Below are positions 40,472-49,541 of a stretch of 64,000 nucleotides of DNA, piece after piece. This DNA comes from an uncultured delta proteobacterium (lineage in GTDB: Bacteria; Myxococcota; Kuafuiibacteriia; Kuafuiibacteriales; Kuafuiibacteriaceae). A program made the position numbers and the translations under genes. Below the pieces are notes generated by a model. That model searched no databases. It was not told the DNA's origin and saw nothing but the letters and a program-made list of their open reading frames with translations. Numbering within the stretch: the first letter of the stretch is position 1; each line of letters starts with the position of its first letter. Location of the stretch: positions 96,001 to 160,000 of the forward strand of contig CAWDML010000006.1 in assembly GCA_963803435.1 (NCBI GenBank), written 5' to 3'.

Positions 40472-41158
40472 TCACTCCATCGCCTGCTCGCTCAGATACG
40501 CGATGTCCTTCAAGAGCTGCTGGATGCCCTGCGGGTCGGCGTCGTAGTAGCCGCGGATCTGCAGGTGCTGATCGACCAGCACGAAGCGGGTGCCGTGCGT
40601 GATGGTCATCAGCGCGTCGTCGACGCCCTCTTCGGGATCGTCCTTCTCCATCGGGAGCTTGAAGCCCTTGACCACGGCCGTCTTCACGGCCTCGAGATCG
40701 CCGGTGAGGAAGCGCCAGCGGATGTGGTTCGCCTTGTGCTTGGTCGCGTACTCGTAGAGCACCTCGGGCGTGTCGTTCTCCGGATCCACGCTGAAGGAGA
40801 TCAAGTGCATGGCGTCGCGCATGTAGCGGAGGTGCTTCTGGAGCTTGCTCATCTCCGTGGTGAGCTGCTCGCAGCGCGTGGGGCAATGAGTGAAGACGAA
40901 GTCTGCGACCCAGATCTTGCCGTCGAGGTCCTTGCTGCCGAACGCGTGGCCCATCTGATCGGTCAGCGAGAACTCGGGGACCTGATAGAAGACCTTGGGC
41001 GGGTCGGCGCGCGGCTTGGAGAAGAAGATGGCGCGGCCCAGGTGGTAGCTGAACGCCAGCGCCACCCAGCCGATCCAGAACCAGGGATTGCCGACCCAGC
41101 GACCCAGTCGGTTGCCGGAGGCCTGATCAGGTTGAATTGCGGAGGTCTCGCCCGTCAT
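40472..41158 (-). CDS. SCO1/SenC copper chaperone
   Basis: FSLTDQ, FVFTHCPTRC (CxxxC), SVDPENDTP and conserved His in ITHG. Confidence 0.92.
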   Translation of the reverse strand: MTGETSAIQPDQASGNRLGRWVGNPWFWIGWVALAFSYHLGRAIFFSKPRADPPKVFYQVPEFSLTDQMGHAFGSKDLDGKIWVADFVFTHCPTRCEQLTTEMSKLQKHLRYMRDAMHLISFSVDPENDTPEVLYEYATKHKANHIRWRFLTGDLEAVKTAVVKGFKLPMEKDDPEEGVDDALMTITHGTRFVLVDQHLQIRGYYDADPQGIQQLLKDIAYLSEQAME

Positions 41159-41205
41159 GAACCCGATCGAGGTACGCCCCGGGTCCCAGGCTGTCCAGCG
41201 CGAAG

Positions 41206-41898
41206 CTACTTGCCGGCGAACGCGAAGTCGACGGTGCCGTTGCCGCCCGCGACCTTCACCTTACCCGTCTTCTCGCCGAGCGTCGGGTGCCACGCGACCA
41301 CGTCGTAGTCACCGTCGGGCAGATCCTGCGTGTCGATCTTGAACGCACCGTCGCCGCCGCTAGTGCCGAAGTACGGGTGCTCGAGGACGCCGGCCCAGGC
41401 GTGCATCCACGAGTGGACATCGCACTTGATGTCGACGGGCATCTGCTCCTTCTTGAACTCCTTGGTGATCCGCTGGCCCTGCTTGGGCATGGCCTGATTG
41501 AACTCGCCGCGCTTGGCGAACGCATGCACGTTGTGGAGCGTGGGGTCGCCGTTCACGATGTCGAACTTCTGCCCGACCATCACGCCAAAGACACGCGGCG
41601 TGTACTGGCAGTTCTTCTGGTCCATCTCGACGTGGGTCGCAGAGGCCTTGTACTTCTTCTTGGGCGGGTTCTTCACGTAGACGAACACCTCCGCCAGCTT
41701 TCCGCCGCTGGTGACCACGTCCATGGTCTTGGCGTCCTTGTTGAGGGCCTTGCACTTCGGATCGGAGCTCATGTCGATCGGCTTCGGAGCCGGCGCCTTA
41801 CCCGAGAAGGTCACGGTCCCGGTGATGTTGCCGGCGTGAGCGTTCGACCCGACGAGCAGGAACGCAGCTGCTGAGAGAAGCACGGAGGTCTTTCGCAT
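41206..41898 (-). CDS. Secreted cupredoxin-like protein, paralog of 33145..33924
   Basis: Signal peptide; MDQKNCQYTP, NGDPTLHNVH, EFNQAMP and CDVHSWM motifs. Confidence 0.8.
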   Translation of the reverse strand: MRKTSVLLSAAAFLLVGSNAHAGNITGTVTFSGKAPAPKPIDMSSDPKCKALNKDAKTMDVVTSGGKLAEVFVYVKNPPKKKYKASATHVEMDQKNCQYTPRVFGVMVGQKFDIVNGDPTLHNVHAFAKRGEFNQAMPKQGQRITKEFKKEQMPVDIKCDVHSWMHAWAGVLEHPYFGTSGGDGAFKIDTQDLPDGDYDVVAWHPTLGEKTGKVKVAGGNGTVDFAFAGK

Positions 41899-42031
41899 GG
41901 CGGTTTCAAACTCCCTGATGAGATCGGTGTCAAGTCTCCGATTCGACGGTGAGCACGGTGCATCGATTCATCGCGCCGATCAGAGATCCCCTGTTGCCAT
42001 GTTCTGCGCGTGTCTGGTTGGTTCGCCCCGC

Positions 42032-42865
42032 GTGGAGGCGTCCCGCCCGGAGACCTTCGAGCAGGCGCGAGAGCGGCTCACCTGGTTCGAGCGTTTCTCC
42101 ATCTTCTTCATCAAGAAGACGTTCGAAAACCCCGTTTTGGATCGACTCTTCCTCTGGTTCCAGCGCTACCCGGGCCGGTTCTGGGTCGACAAGTGCACGC
42201 AGAACATTCGACAGGCGCACGGCATCGAGCGCGTCGGACCGCTCGCGGAGAAGAAGAGCGTCATCCTGGTCTCGAACCATCGAAGCTTCTTCGACATGTT
42301 CGTCATCACGATGCTCCTGTACCGCCACGGCTTCAACCTGCGGCTGTTCTTCCCGGTGCGCGCCAACTTCTTCTACGACAACCCGCTGGGCCTGATGGTC
42401 AACGGCATCATGAGCTGGTTCTCGATGTACCCGCCCATCTTCCGCGAGCGAAAGCGCGCCACGCTGAACCACACCGCGCTCAGCGAGCTCGCCACCGCCG
42501 TCCGCGCGGGACGCTCCGCCGGGATCCACCCCGAAGGCACGCGAAAGAAGGACGATGATCCGTACACCTTCCTGCCGGCGCAGAGCGGCCTGGGACGCCT
42601 GATCTATCTGGCGCGCTGTGAGGTGATCCCGGTGTTCATCAACGGGCTCGGCAACAACCTCCCGAAGCAGGTGCTCGGCAACTTCACGAGAAGGGGCAAG
42701 ACGATCGTCGTGGTCTTCGGCCCGCCGGTCGACTTCGGCGACCTCCTGGACGCGCCGCCGACCGCGAAGACGTTCCACGCGATCGCCGAGCGGACGCTCG
42801 AGGTGATCGGCGAGCTGGGCCAGGAAGAGCGGAAGATCCGCACGGCGCTCGACGGCGGCGCGTGA
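42032..42865 (+). CDS. Lysophospholipid acyltransferase (PlsC family)
   Basis: SNHRSFFD (HX4D) and HPEGTR motifs; start uncertain. Confidence 0.88.
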   Translation: MEASRPETFEQARERLTWFERFSIFFIKKTFENPVLDRLFLWFQRYPGRFWVDKCTQNIRQAHGIERVGPLAEKKSVILVSNHRSFFDMFVITMLLYRHGFNLRLFFPVRANFFYDNPLGLMVNGIMSWFSMYPPIFRERKRATLNHTALSELATAVRAGRSAGIHPEGTRKKDDDPYTFLPAQSGLGRLIYLARCEVIPVFINGLGNNLPKQVLGNFTRRGKTIVVVFGPPVDFGDLLDAPPTAKTFHAIAERTLEVIGELGQEERKIRTALDGGA

Positions 42866-42924
42866 CCGCGGGCAAGGCGGCGGCTTCGGTTGGCTCGTCT
42901 CCGGGACTGTGCGAACAGGCGGCC

Positions 42925-43296
42925 ATGAGTCGCTTCCCCTTCTGTCTCCTCTTCCTCTTCGCGTGCGGCGGTGGATCACCGCCCGCGATCTCGAACCTGA
43001 GCATCGCCTCCGCCTCGCTGGCGGCCGGTGCCACCACGATGGGACAGCTCGACATCTCCGATCCCGACGGCCTGGACGGCCTCCGCCTCCGCCTCTCGTT
43101 CAGCGGACCGGCCAGCACCCAGGTCGAGGTCGACGTCCAGGGCGGCTCTTCGGACCTCACGGCCGCGACCACACCGTTCCTCTTCGGCGTGACCGCAGGC
43201 TCGCCGGAGGGGACCTACACGGTCTCTTTCGTCGCGATCGACGACACCGACCTCGAGAGCAACGTGCTCACGACGTCGCTCGAGATCGTCCCCTGA
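42925..43296 (+). CDS. Small lipoprotein with Ig-like fold
   Basis: LFLFAC lipobox; PAISNL, ISDPDG and GTYTVSFVAID...SNVL motifs. Confidence 0.7.
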   Translation: MSRFPFCLLFLFACGGGSPPAISNLSIASASLAAGATTMGQLDISDPDGLDGLRLRLSFSGPASTQVEVDVQGGSSDLTAATTPFLFGVTAGSPEGTYTVSFVAIDDTDLESNVLTTSLEIVP

Positions 43297-43303
43297 GCCT
43301 CGG

Positions 43304-43741
43304 TCACCTGAACACGACCATCTCGAGCCAGCGCGAGAGCGCCCCCACCCACCGATCGTGGACGAGCTCGTCGAGACGCATCAGCTCCAGCCCCAGGGTG
43401 ACGAGAAGGACGAGGACCACGAGCGCCTGCTGGACGCTCGCCAGACACCGCGGCTGGGCGCGGGGCGCTGCGGTCGAGCGGGGCCGTCTCTTCACCCGCG
43501 TCGAGCGCTGGCCGGAGGCGGGCGTCAGGCTGTCGATCAACCTTCGGGAGGGGAGCCGCATCAGCGTCGCCCGCTCCGGATCGAAGGTCGCGTCGTCGAG
43601 CCTGCCCTGCACGATCCGCTTGGCAGCCGGAACGGAGAGGCCGGCCGCCAGGTGAACCGTGGTGCGATTCCTCCAGGGATCGCGGGGCTCGTCGGGGATC
43701 GTTCGGTCTTCGGGATCTGCGAGCGCGCGGGGCGATCTCAT
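43304..43741 (-). CDS. Hypothetical protein with C-terminal TM helix
   Basis: ATG after AGGAAAGGA; hydrophobic ALVVLVLLVTLGL near the C-terminus. Confidence 0.45.
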   Translation of the reverse strand: MRSPRALADPEDRTIPDEPRDPWRNRTTVHLAAGLSVPAAKRIVQGRLDDATFDPERATLMRLPSRRLIDSLTPASGQRSTRVKRRPRSTAAPRAQPRCLASVQQALVVLVLLVTLGLELMRLDELVHDRWVGALSRWLEMVVFR

Positions 43742-43755
43742 GGCTGGTCCTTTCC

Positions 43756-44031
43756 TTACGGCCCCGGAGCGAAGACGAGCTCGCCCCGTTTGTTCTCCTT
43801 CTCCTTGAGCGACTCGGCGTCGGGGAGAGGCTCGCGCTTCTCGGTGATGACGGGCCACTCCTCCGCCAGCTTGGCGTTGAGCGCGATGTACTCGCAGGCA
43901 CCACAATCGATACATTCACCGGGATCGATCACCAGATAGTTGGCGCCCTCGTGAAAGCAGTCGACCGGACAGACGGCGACGCAGTCGGTGTATTTGCGCT
44001 TGATGCAGGGCTCGGCGACGACAAAGGTCAT
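43756..44031 (-). CDS. fdxA: 7Fe-type ferredoxin (FdxA-like) with an internal ~20-aa deletion
   Basis: [29 protein letters not shown]...[13 protein letters not shown] is followed directly by [16 protein letters not shown]. Confidence 0.8.
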   Translation of the reverse strand: MTFVVAEPCIKRKYTDCVAVCPVDCFHEGANYLVIDPGECIDCGACEYIALNAKLAEEWPVITEKREPLPDAESLKEKENKRGELVFAPGP

Positions 44032-44152
44032 GGGAGATCCTCCGTTGCGGGTGGGAGGGTCCTGCGGAGGGCGCGCAGCGGGGGTCGGGGCCGCGACGCG
44101 CCCCATGCAGGGCCGTTGGATCACGCTTCGTTGATTCCTCTCCTTTCCAGCT

Positions 44153-47068
44153 TCACTCGATGCTCTCCACGAATCGGACGAGCGCCTCGACCTCGCTGGT
44201 GCTGAGCGAGCGCGTGGCGCCGTGCACGTCGAAGTTCCCGAGGGCGTCCACCGCGAACCCGTTCTCGCCCTCCTCGAGCGCCGGATGACCGGGCCCGAGG
44301 ACCGCCTCGCGGACGGTGTGCGCCAGGCCGTGGCGGAGCAGGTTCGCCTGTGTCCAGACGCCGCGGAGCGAGGGCGTGTTGATCTGCGGCGAGCCGCGCA
44401 CCGTTCCGGGCATGAACTGCCGGTCGGGGTCGAGCAGGTTGACCTTGATGATCAGGTTCAACCGGCGCGTCTCCTCCTGCTGGTTGCCGCGGACGGCCAG
44501 CGGATCGTCGAACACCAGGCAGTTCGTGACGTCGAAGCAGAACGGGATGAAGTAGTCGATCGGGTCCAGGTAGATGTTGACCTCGTGGTCGGGGACGGAG
44601 GCCGAGATCGCGTCGAGCATCGTCTCGGAGAAGGCGCCGATCGTGCTCAGGATCCGCGGGTCGTTCGCGTACGTGTTGACGAACCGCGAGGTCCAGTCCG
44701 CGCCGGCCCCATGGTTGTGCCCGTCGACGTAGCCGTTCGTCGGATCGTGGCAGGCGGCGCAGCCGGCCGACTGGAAGATCTGGGCCCCCTGGGCGATGGC
44801 GTCGTGCGTCTCCTCGTCGAGGCCGCCGGTCTGATAGAGCTGCCGGAGCGGGTTCGGCGGCAGGCGGAGCTCGGCCACCGAATAGAAGTCGATGAGCCGT
44901 GCCAGCGTCTCGGTGTCGAAGCCCGTGGCCGCCTGGATCGCCTGGTCTCGGATCTGCTTCTCTTCGGCGACGATCTGGTCGACCGTACCCTGGTTCGCGA
45001 TCGCCCCCAGGCCGACGCTCTCGGGACGGCACTCGTCGTCGCGGCCGTTCGTGATCTGGTTGTTGGGATCGCCCACGCGCGTGGCCGGGTTCGAGCCGGG
45101 GCCCTCTACCAGGCCGAACGCCACCACCTCGCAGTTGGTGCGGGTTTGCGCGGCGAACGCGAGCGAGGTGTAGTTGCCGTTACCGAAGGAGCCGTTCCAG
45201 AAGTACGAGTTGGTCGTCATCAGGTTGTGGTTCGGCTTCACCTGGTGATAGCCGGTCGGCGCCTCGGCGCCGTTGCAGTAGCCGACACCGTCGGTGTCGA
45301 GCTCGTCGAAGTGGCAGGTGGCGCATGCCTTCCGGCCGTTGTTCGACCAGCTCGCGTCGTAATAGAAGAGCTCTCCGCGCTCGATGTTGGTGGCCGGGTA
45401 CGCCGGCTGCGCATAGCCGAGATCGATGGTGGCGTCCGGATCGCCGCCGTTACGGTCGAGGTCGAAGGCCTGGAGCGTCTCGCCGCCCCAGTTCGCGACG
45501 TACAGGCGGCTCTCGGTCCCGTCGAGCGCCAGCGCGAAAGGCCGCTCGGCGGTGCGGAACACACGCCCAGGCGTGAGCGTGAAGGGCCGCGAGTTGGTGT
45601 TGACCAGCAGCTCCTGCACCACCTTCGAACCGCCCATGGCCACGAAGATCGCGGTGCCGGCGTGGTTCCTGATCACCGCGTCCGGCAGCGCACCCGCCAG
45701 GATCTTCTGCTGGGCCACGTAGTTCGGCTCCGACGAGACGTCGTCGGTGAAGTAGAGCGACTGCGAGGTGCTCCGCAGCTGGAAGTCGAGCTGCATCAAC
45801 CCGTTCCGGACGTCCTCGAAGCCGTAGCTCCTGGACCCGTCGAAGAGCGCTCCCGGGTGCGCCTGATGGGGGGCGCCATCGAGGCCCTGGACGACCACCT
45901 TGTCGGCGAGGACCTGGATGGGGTGCTGCTCGTCGGAGGAGAGCAGCCCGCGGTCCGGCGTGGTGGTGGGGACGTAGAGGAGGTCGGAGATGTTCACCAC
46001 GTCGGCCGAGGGCGCGTTGATCGAGATCCGCGCCGAGACTGCGTCGGTGCCGAGCTCGATGCGCGCCACCTCACCGCCCTTGTTGTTGGCCACGAACAGC
46101 GCGTTCTGCTGCTCGCTGAGCGCCAGCCGCCAGGGGTTCGAGCCCACGCCGGTGATCTCCACCGGATCGTCGTACTGCAGGATGTTGATCGGCCGGTCGG
46201 TGGTGGGATCGCGGAGCACGCGGGTCCGGTACTTGATCACGCTGTGTCGCCAGCGGTTCGCGACGTAGAGGAACTGGCGATCGGGATCGGGCGAGCGCGG
46301 GCTCTCGGGGACGAACATCAGGTCGGCGCAGTAGTACTCGGTCTTGATCTCGACCGGGACGCCGTTGCTCGAGAGCAGCTGGTCGGTCGACGGATCGATG
46401 ACCGAGATGTAGTTCGAGAACTGGTTGCACACGAACACCAGCCCCGCCGGATGGATCGCCAGCCGCTGCGGCCGGAGGCCCACCTTCACCCGCGTGCGGA
46501 GCGCGTCACCGACGACCGCCGCCACCTCGTTGCCCGGCGTGGTCACGTCTCCGCCGAGCGGGACGTAGATCTTCTCGACGCCGTTGACGGTGACGACCTT
46601 CGCGTCCGAGGGATTGCCGCGGAACGGGATCAGCTGCGCGCGCTGTCGGTCGGCCGCCTCCGGGATCAGCTGCACCGGATCACTGCGGTTCGCGAACAGG
46701 AGCGCGATCTCGTCCATCTTCTGCGCCGCCGAGAGCAGCACGTTCTGGGTGGTGAAATCGTTGTCGCTCATGGTCACGCCGTCGCGCTGCATGCGCCCGT
46801 ACTCGGACCGCGGCGTCAGCCGATAGAGCGGGACCAGCGAGCCGCGGGTCCATACGGCCGGTGCCGGCGGGGGCGGCGGCGGGGGCGGGGGCGGCGGCGG
46901 ATCCACCGGCGGATCCACCGGCATCATCGGCATCTGACCGTCGTCCGGCGGCCGCGTCGGATCCGGCTGGTCGACCGGCGGCGGCTCCTGCTGCGGCCCG
47001 GGGGCCGTGATGTACTGCGTGCACGAGGCGAGAAATAGGACGAACGTCCAGGTGCTCGGGCGCTTCAT
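44153..47068 (-). CDS. Lipoprotein: YVTN/YncE-like beta-propeller + diheme cytochrome c peroxidase/MauG-like domain
   Basis: FLASC lipobox; Pro-rich linker; propeller blades ([31 protein letters not shown]); ERGELFY...CATCH...YFWNGS; GAQIF...CAACH...NTPSLRGVW. Confidence 0.85.
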   Translation of the reverse strand: MKRPSTWTFVLFLASCTQYITAPGPQQEPPPVDQPDPTRPPDDGQMPMMPVDPPVDPPPPPPPPPPPPAPAVWTRGSLVPLYRLTPRSEYGRMQRDGVTMSDNDFTTQNVLLSAAQKMDEIALLFANRSDPVQLIPEAADRQRAQLIPFRGNPSDAKVVTVNGVEKIYVPLGGDVTTPGNEVAAVVGDALRTRVKVGLRPQRLAIHPAGLVFVCNQFSNYISVIDPSTDQLLSSNGVPVEIKTEYYCADLMFVPESPRSPDPDRQFLYVANRWRHSVIKYRTRVLRDPTTDRPINILQYDDPVEITGVGSNPWRLALSEQQNALFVANNKGGEVARIELGTDAVSARISINAPSADVVNISDLLYVPTTTPDRGLLSSDEQHPIQVLADKVVVQGLDGAPHQAHPGALFDGSRSYGFEDVRNGLMQLDFQLRSTSQSLYFTDDVSSEPNYVAQQKILAGALPDAVIRNHAGTAIFVAMGGSKVVQELLVNTNSRPFTLTPGRVFRTAERPFALALDGTESRLYVANWGGETLQAFDLDRNGGDPDATIDLGYAQPAYPATNIERGELFYYDASWSNNGRKACATCHFDELDTDGVGYCNGAEAPTGYHQVKPNHNLMTTNSYFWNGSFGNGNYTSLAFAAQTRTNCEVVAFGLVEGPGSNPATRVGDPNNQITNGRDDECRPESVGLGAIANQGTVDQIVAEEKQIRDQAIQAATGFDTETLARLIDFYSVAELRLPPNPLRQLYQTGGLDEETHDAIAQGAQIFQSAGCAACHDPTNGYVDGHNHGAGADWTSRFVNTYANDPRILSTIGAFSETMLDAISASVPDHEVNIYLDPIDYFIPFCFDVTNCLVFDDPLAVRGNQQEETRRLNLIIKVNLLDPDRQFMPGTVRGSPQINTPSLRGVWTQANLLRHGLAHTVREAVLGPGHPALEEGENGFAVDALGNFDVHGATRSLSTSEVEALVRFVESIE

Positions 47069-47070
47069 GA

Positions 47071-49245
47071 TTAGATACCTCCGTCGGGGCCGAGCTTGAT
47101 CACGAGCTCGCCGGTCGAATCGGTCAGGACGTTACCGAACTGATCGAAGAGCCTCAGCGTGAAACCGAAGCCCTGGTCGTCGGGCCGCTGCAGGACCTTG
47201 AGCAGGATCCGGGTCGTCGACTTGCCGTTGGCGAACGCCGGGAACACCGCCAGACCGGTCACACCGTTCGTCGCGTCGTCGGACTGCAGGATGGGTTGCT
47301 TGTCGACGAACAGCTTCACCGCGTTCGGTGAGGTGATGACCAGCTGGGCCTGGATGTCGTTGGCGCTCGCGTTCAGCACGTAGGCGGCGGCGTACGCGAT
47401 CCGTCCGGCGGTCTCCTGCCGGGGAAAGGCAGCGTTGAGGTCGACATCGCCGTCCTCGGAGAACAGCCCGTCCCACTTGCCGTCGTTGAAGAAGGAGGCT
47501 CCTGAAGGATCGAACATCTTCGGCAGGATGTTGACCTCGTCGACCGCCGTCGGGTCGGTGATCTGGGACCCCGAGAAGTCGCCGGCCACCAGCCAGTACT
47601 TCTCCAGCCCCTCGGCGTCCGGACGCAGGCCGCGCGCCCAGGTGAGGATGTCACGCGCCTGCGGCGAGTCGACCGTGAACGCCTCGCCGCCCGGGTGCGG
47701 TAGCCCCGTCGAGAACGGGTTGTCGAGGTTCGCGATCTCGTTCGTCGGGTAGAGGAACAGCGAGCTGCCCTCGGGCTGGATCACGTTCACGAAGTTGGCG
47801 GCCGAGCTGAAGTTGTAGGCGAGGCGCGCCGGGTCGGAGGCGTTCCCGATCATCGGGAAGTTCGAGCCGTTCGGTGCGCTCTGGCCGACCACCGCGACGC
47901 CGTGACAATCCGAGCAGGTCCGGTTCTGCGAGCCGCCGCCGATCGCGCTGGGGTCGCTGAAGATCGGGTTGATGCGACGGGCGAAGAACGCGAAGTCGAG
48001 CGGCGTGGCCGCGGTCTTGGCGGCGTACAGATAGGAGAGGATGCGCTCGTAGTTCTTGTCGGACGGGCTGGCGAAGATCGTCTCGCCCGGGTGCGGCGCG
48101 TGGCTGCAGGTGGGAAGGTTCGAGGGACAGGCGAGGATGTCCGAGGCCGTCGGATTGGTGAAGTTCACGAAGCAGGCGAACGCCGCCAGGTTCTGGGCCG
48201 GCGTGTTGCTGGCCTTGATCACCAGCGCGCCGCCGGTCCGATCCTGGCCGTGACAGGCCGAGCGACCGCAGCCGGTGGTCACGCGGGTATCGCTGCGATC
48301 GTTGAGGTCGACGGTTCCCAGGAGGATCGGCTCGATCTCGTCGGCGAAGGTGCCGAGATCGAAGTTCTCCACGCCCGGGCACCCTTGCGTGCCGGGGTTG
48401 TCGGTCGTCGGGACGTTGTCGTGTGCGACCTCGATCCAGTCGAGGATCGCGGCGCCTTCGTCTGGAGAGACCACGGCGGAGGTGCCGCTCGCGTGGAGGT
48501 TGGCCGCCTGCAGGTAGAACTTCGACTGCTCGGGGATCGAGAGGTCGCAGATCGAGGTGACCGCGGCGAAGTTGTCGAGCATCTCCTGGCTGCCGGGCTC
48601 GGCCCAGCGATGCACGGCGAAGCCGCCCACACCGCGAGCGGCGCCGTGGCAGTTGGTGGCGGAGCAGCCCACCTCTCCGGCCGTGTCGATGATGGGCTGG
48701 ATCGCAGTCTCGAAGACCGCGTAGTCGAACGGGCTGGCCGGCGCCGGCGGCGGCTCGACGGGCGCGCCCGGCGTCTGGGTCCAGGTGTCGCTGGCGTTGT
48801 CGAGGAAGTCGAGCATGTCCAGCAGGAACGGGTTGTCGGCGGCCCACTGCAGCGGGTGGGACGGGTCGCCACCCGAGACCGCCACGAACAGCGCGCTGTT
48901 GGTCGGATTCGCGAGGTCGACGTTGTCCTGCATCGAGTTGAAGGTCTGCGCGTAGGCGCAGTTACCGGGTGCGGCATCGAGCCACACCACGAAGCCCGGC
49001 GACTGGGAGGGGGGCGCGTGGCACTGGCCGCACTTCGCGATCAGCATCGGCAGGAGGCGCTCGCGGAACGAGGGCAGATCGAAGGGCCACCCGGGAGCGT
49101 GCTCCTGGTTGGACGCGATCTGGCACTCGGGCTGGGAGAGATCGGGGAGATCGAGCGGAGGAATGTCGGCGGGCACCGGCTCCTCCAGCACGACCTTCTT
49201 GCATCCAAGTAATAGCGAGAGGACGATGAAAGCTGTTCTACGCAT
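47071..49245 (-). CDS. Multiheme c-type cytochrome lipoprotein, four tandem monoheme-like repeats plus a C-terminal beta-sandwich
   Basis: LLLGC lipobox; CGQCH, CSATNCH, CGRSACH and CSDCH, each preceded by (F/L)Dxxx F...(I/L)xP and followed by P..S...H(P/A). Confidence 0.8.
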   Translation of the reverse strand: MRRTAFIVLSLLLGCKKVVLEEPVPADIPPLDLPDLSQPECQIASNQEHAPGWPFDLPSFRERLLPMLIAKCGQCHAPPSQSPGFVVWLDAAPGNCAYAQTFNSMQDNVDLANPTNSALFVAVSGGDPSHPLQWAADNPFLLDMLDFLDNASDTWTQTPGAPVEPPPAPASPFDYAVFETAIQPIIDTAGEVGCSATNCHGAARGVGGFAVHRWAEPGSQEMLDNFAAVTSICDLSIPEQSKFYLQAANLHASGTSAVVSPDEGAAILDWIEVAHDNVPTTDNPGTQGCPGVENFDLGTFADEIEPILLGTVDLNDRSDTRVTTGCGRSACHGQDRTGGALVIKASNTPAQNLAAFACFVNFTNPTASDILACPSNLPTCSHAPHPGETIFASPSDKNYERILSYLYAAKTAATPLDFAFFARRINPIFSDPSAIGGGSQNRTCSDCHGVAVVGQSAPNGSNFPMIGNASDPARLAYNFSSAANFVNVIQPEGSSLFLYPTNEIANLDNPFSTGLPHPGGEAFTVDSPQARDILTWARGLRPDAEGLEKYWLVAGDFSGSQITDPTAVDEVNILPKMFDPSGASFFNDGKWDGLFSEDGDVDLNAAFPRQETAGRIAYAAAYVLNASANDIQAQLVITSPNAVKLFVDKQPILQSDDATNGVTGLAVFPAFANGKSTTRILLKVLQRPDDQGFGFTLRLFDQFGNVLTDSTGELVIKLGPDGGI

Positions 49246-49287
49246 CGGTGCACTCCATTCAGTGGATCGAGGTCTCGCGGATGCCAT

Positions 49288-49303
49288 CGCAAGCGCGGGG
49301 CCA
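49288..49303 (-). promoter_or_regulatory. Putative sigma54 (-24/-12) promoter of the heme-lipoprotein operon
   Basis: Minus strand TGGCCCCGCGCTTGCG = TGGC-N7-TTGC with exact GG-N10-GC spacing, ~45 nt before ATG 49245 and its GGAG SD. Confidence 0.6.
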
Positions 49304-49427
49304 GCGCCGATGTCTCTCCTTCGACGATCACGGGCTCGAGCGCGCCGCGCAGGCACCCGGCGCCGGTGAACGCGGGACGGACAAGACGCGAGTGCAAGTT
49401 ATCTTGCGTCAGCGGGCATGCGCGGGG

Positions 49428-49470
49428 TGTACGCTGAGCGTTCGGCGAGTTGTACGCTCAGCGTACAACT
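49428..49470. promoter_or_regulatory. Tandem palindromic operator/enhancer sites (TGTACGCT-N-AGCGTACA)
   Basis: Perfect AGTTGTACGCT-C-AGCGTACAACT at 49448-49470 and an imperfect copy TGTACGCT-G-AGCGTTCG at 49428-49444. Confidence 0.65.
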
Positions 49471-49541
49471 TCGTGCTGGCGACGCCGTTCTCCACCATGG
49501 GGCGGACGGTCTCCGCCTAGTCAGCTCGGTGCCCCTGCTCT

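Noticed and set aside
41915-41940. TTGACACCGATCTC upstream of the cupredoxin gene as an FNR box or -35 element
   Set aside because: The second half-site is a poor match and there is no convincing -10; insufficient support.
46860-46995. GC-rich short direct repeats (GGATCCACCGGC twice, GGC/GGG runs)
   Set aside because: They encode the Pro-rich linker of the lipoprotein; not CRISPR or a mobile repeat. The same applies near 33790-33850.
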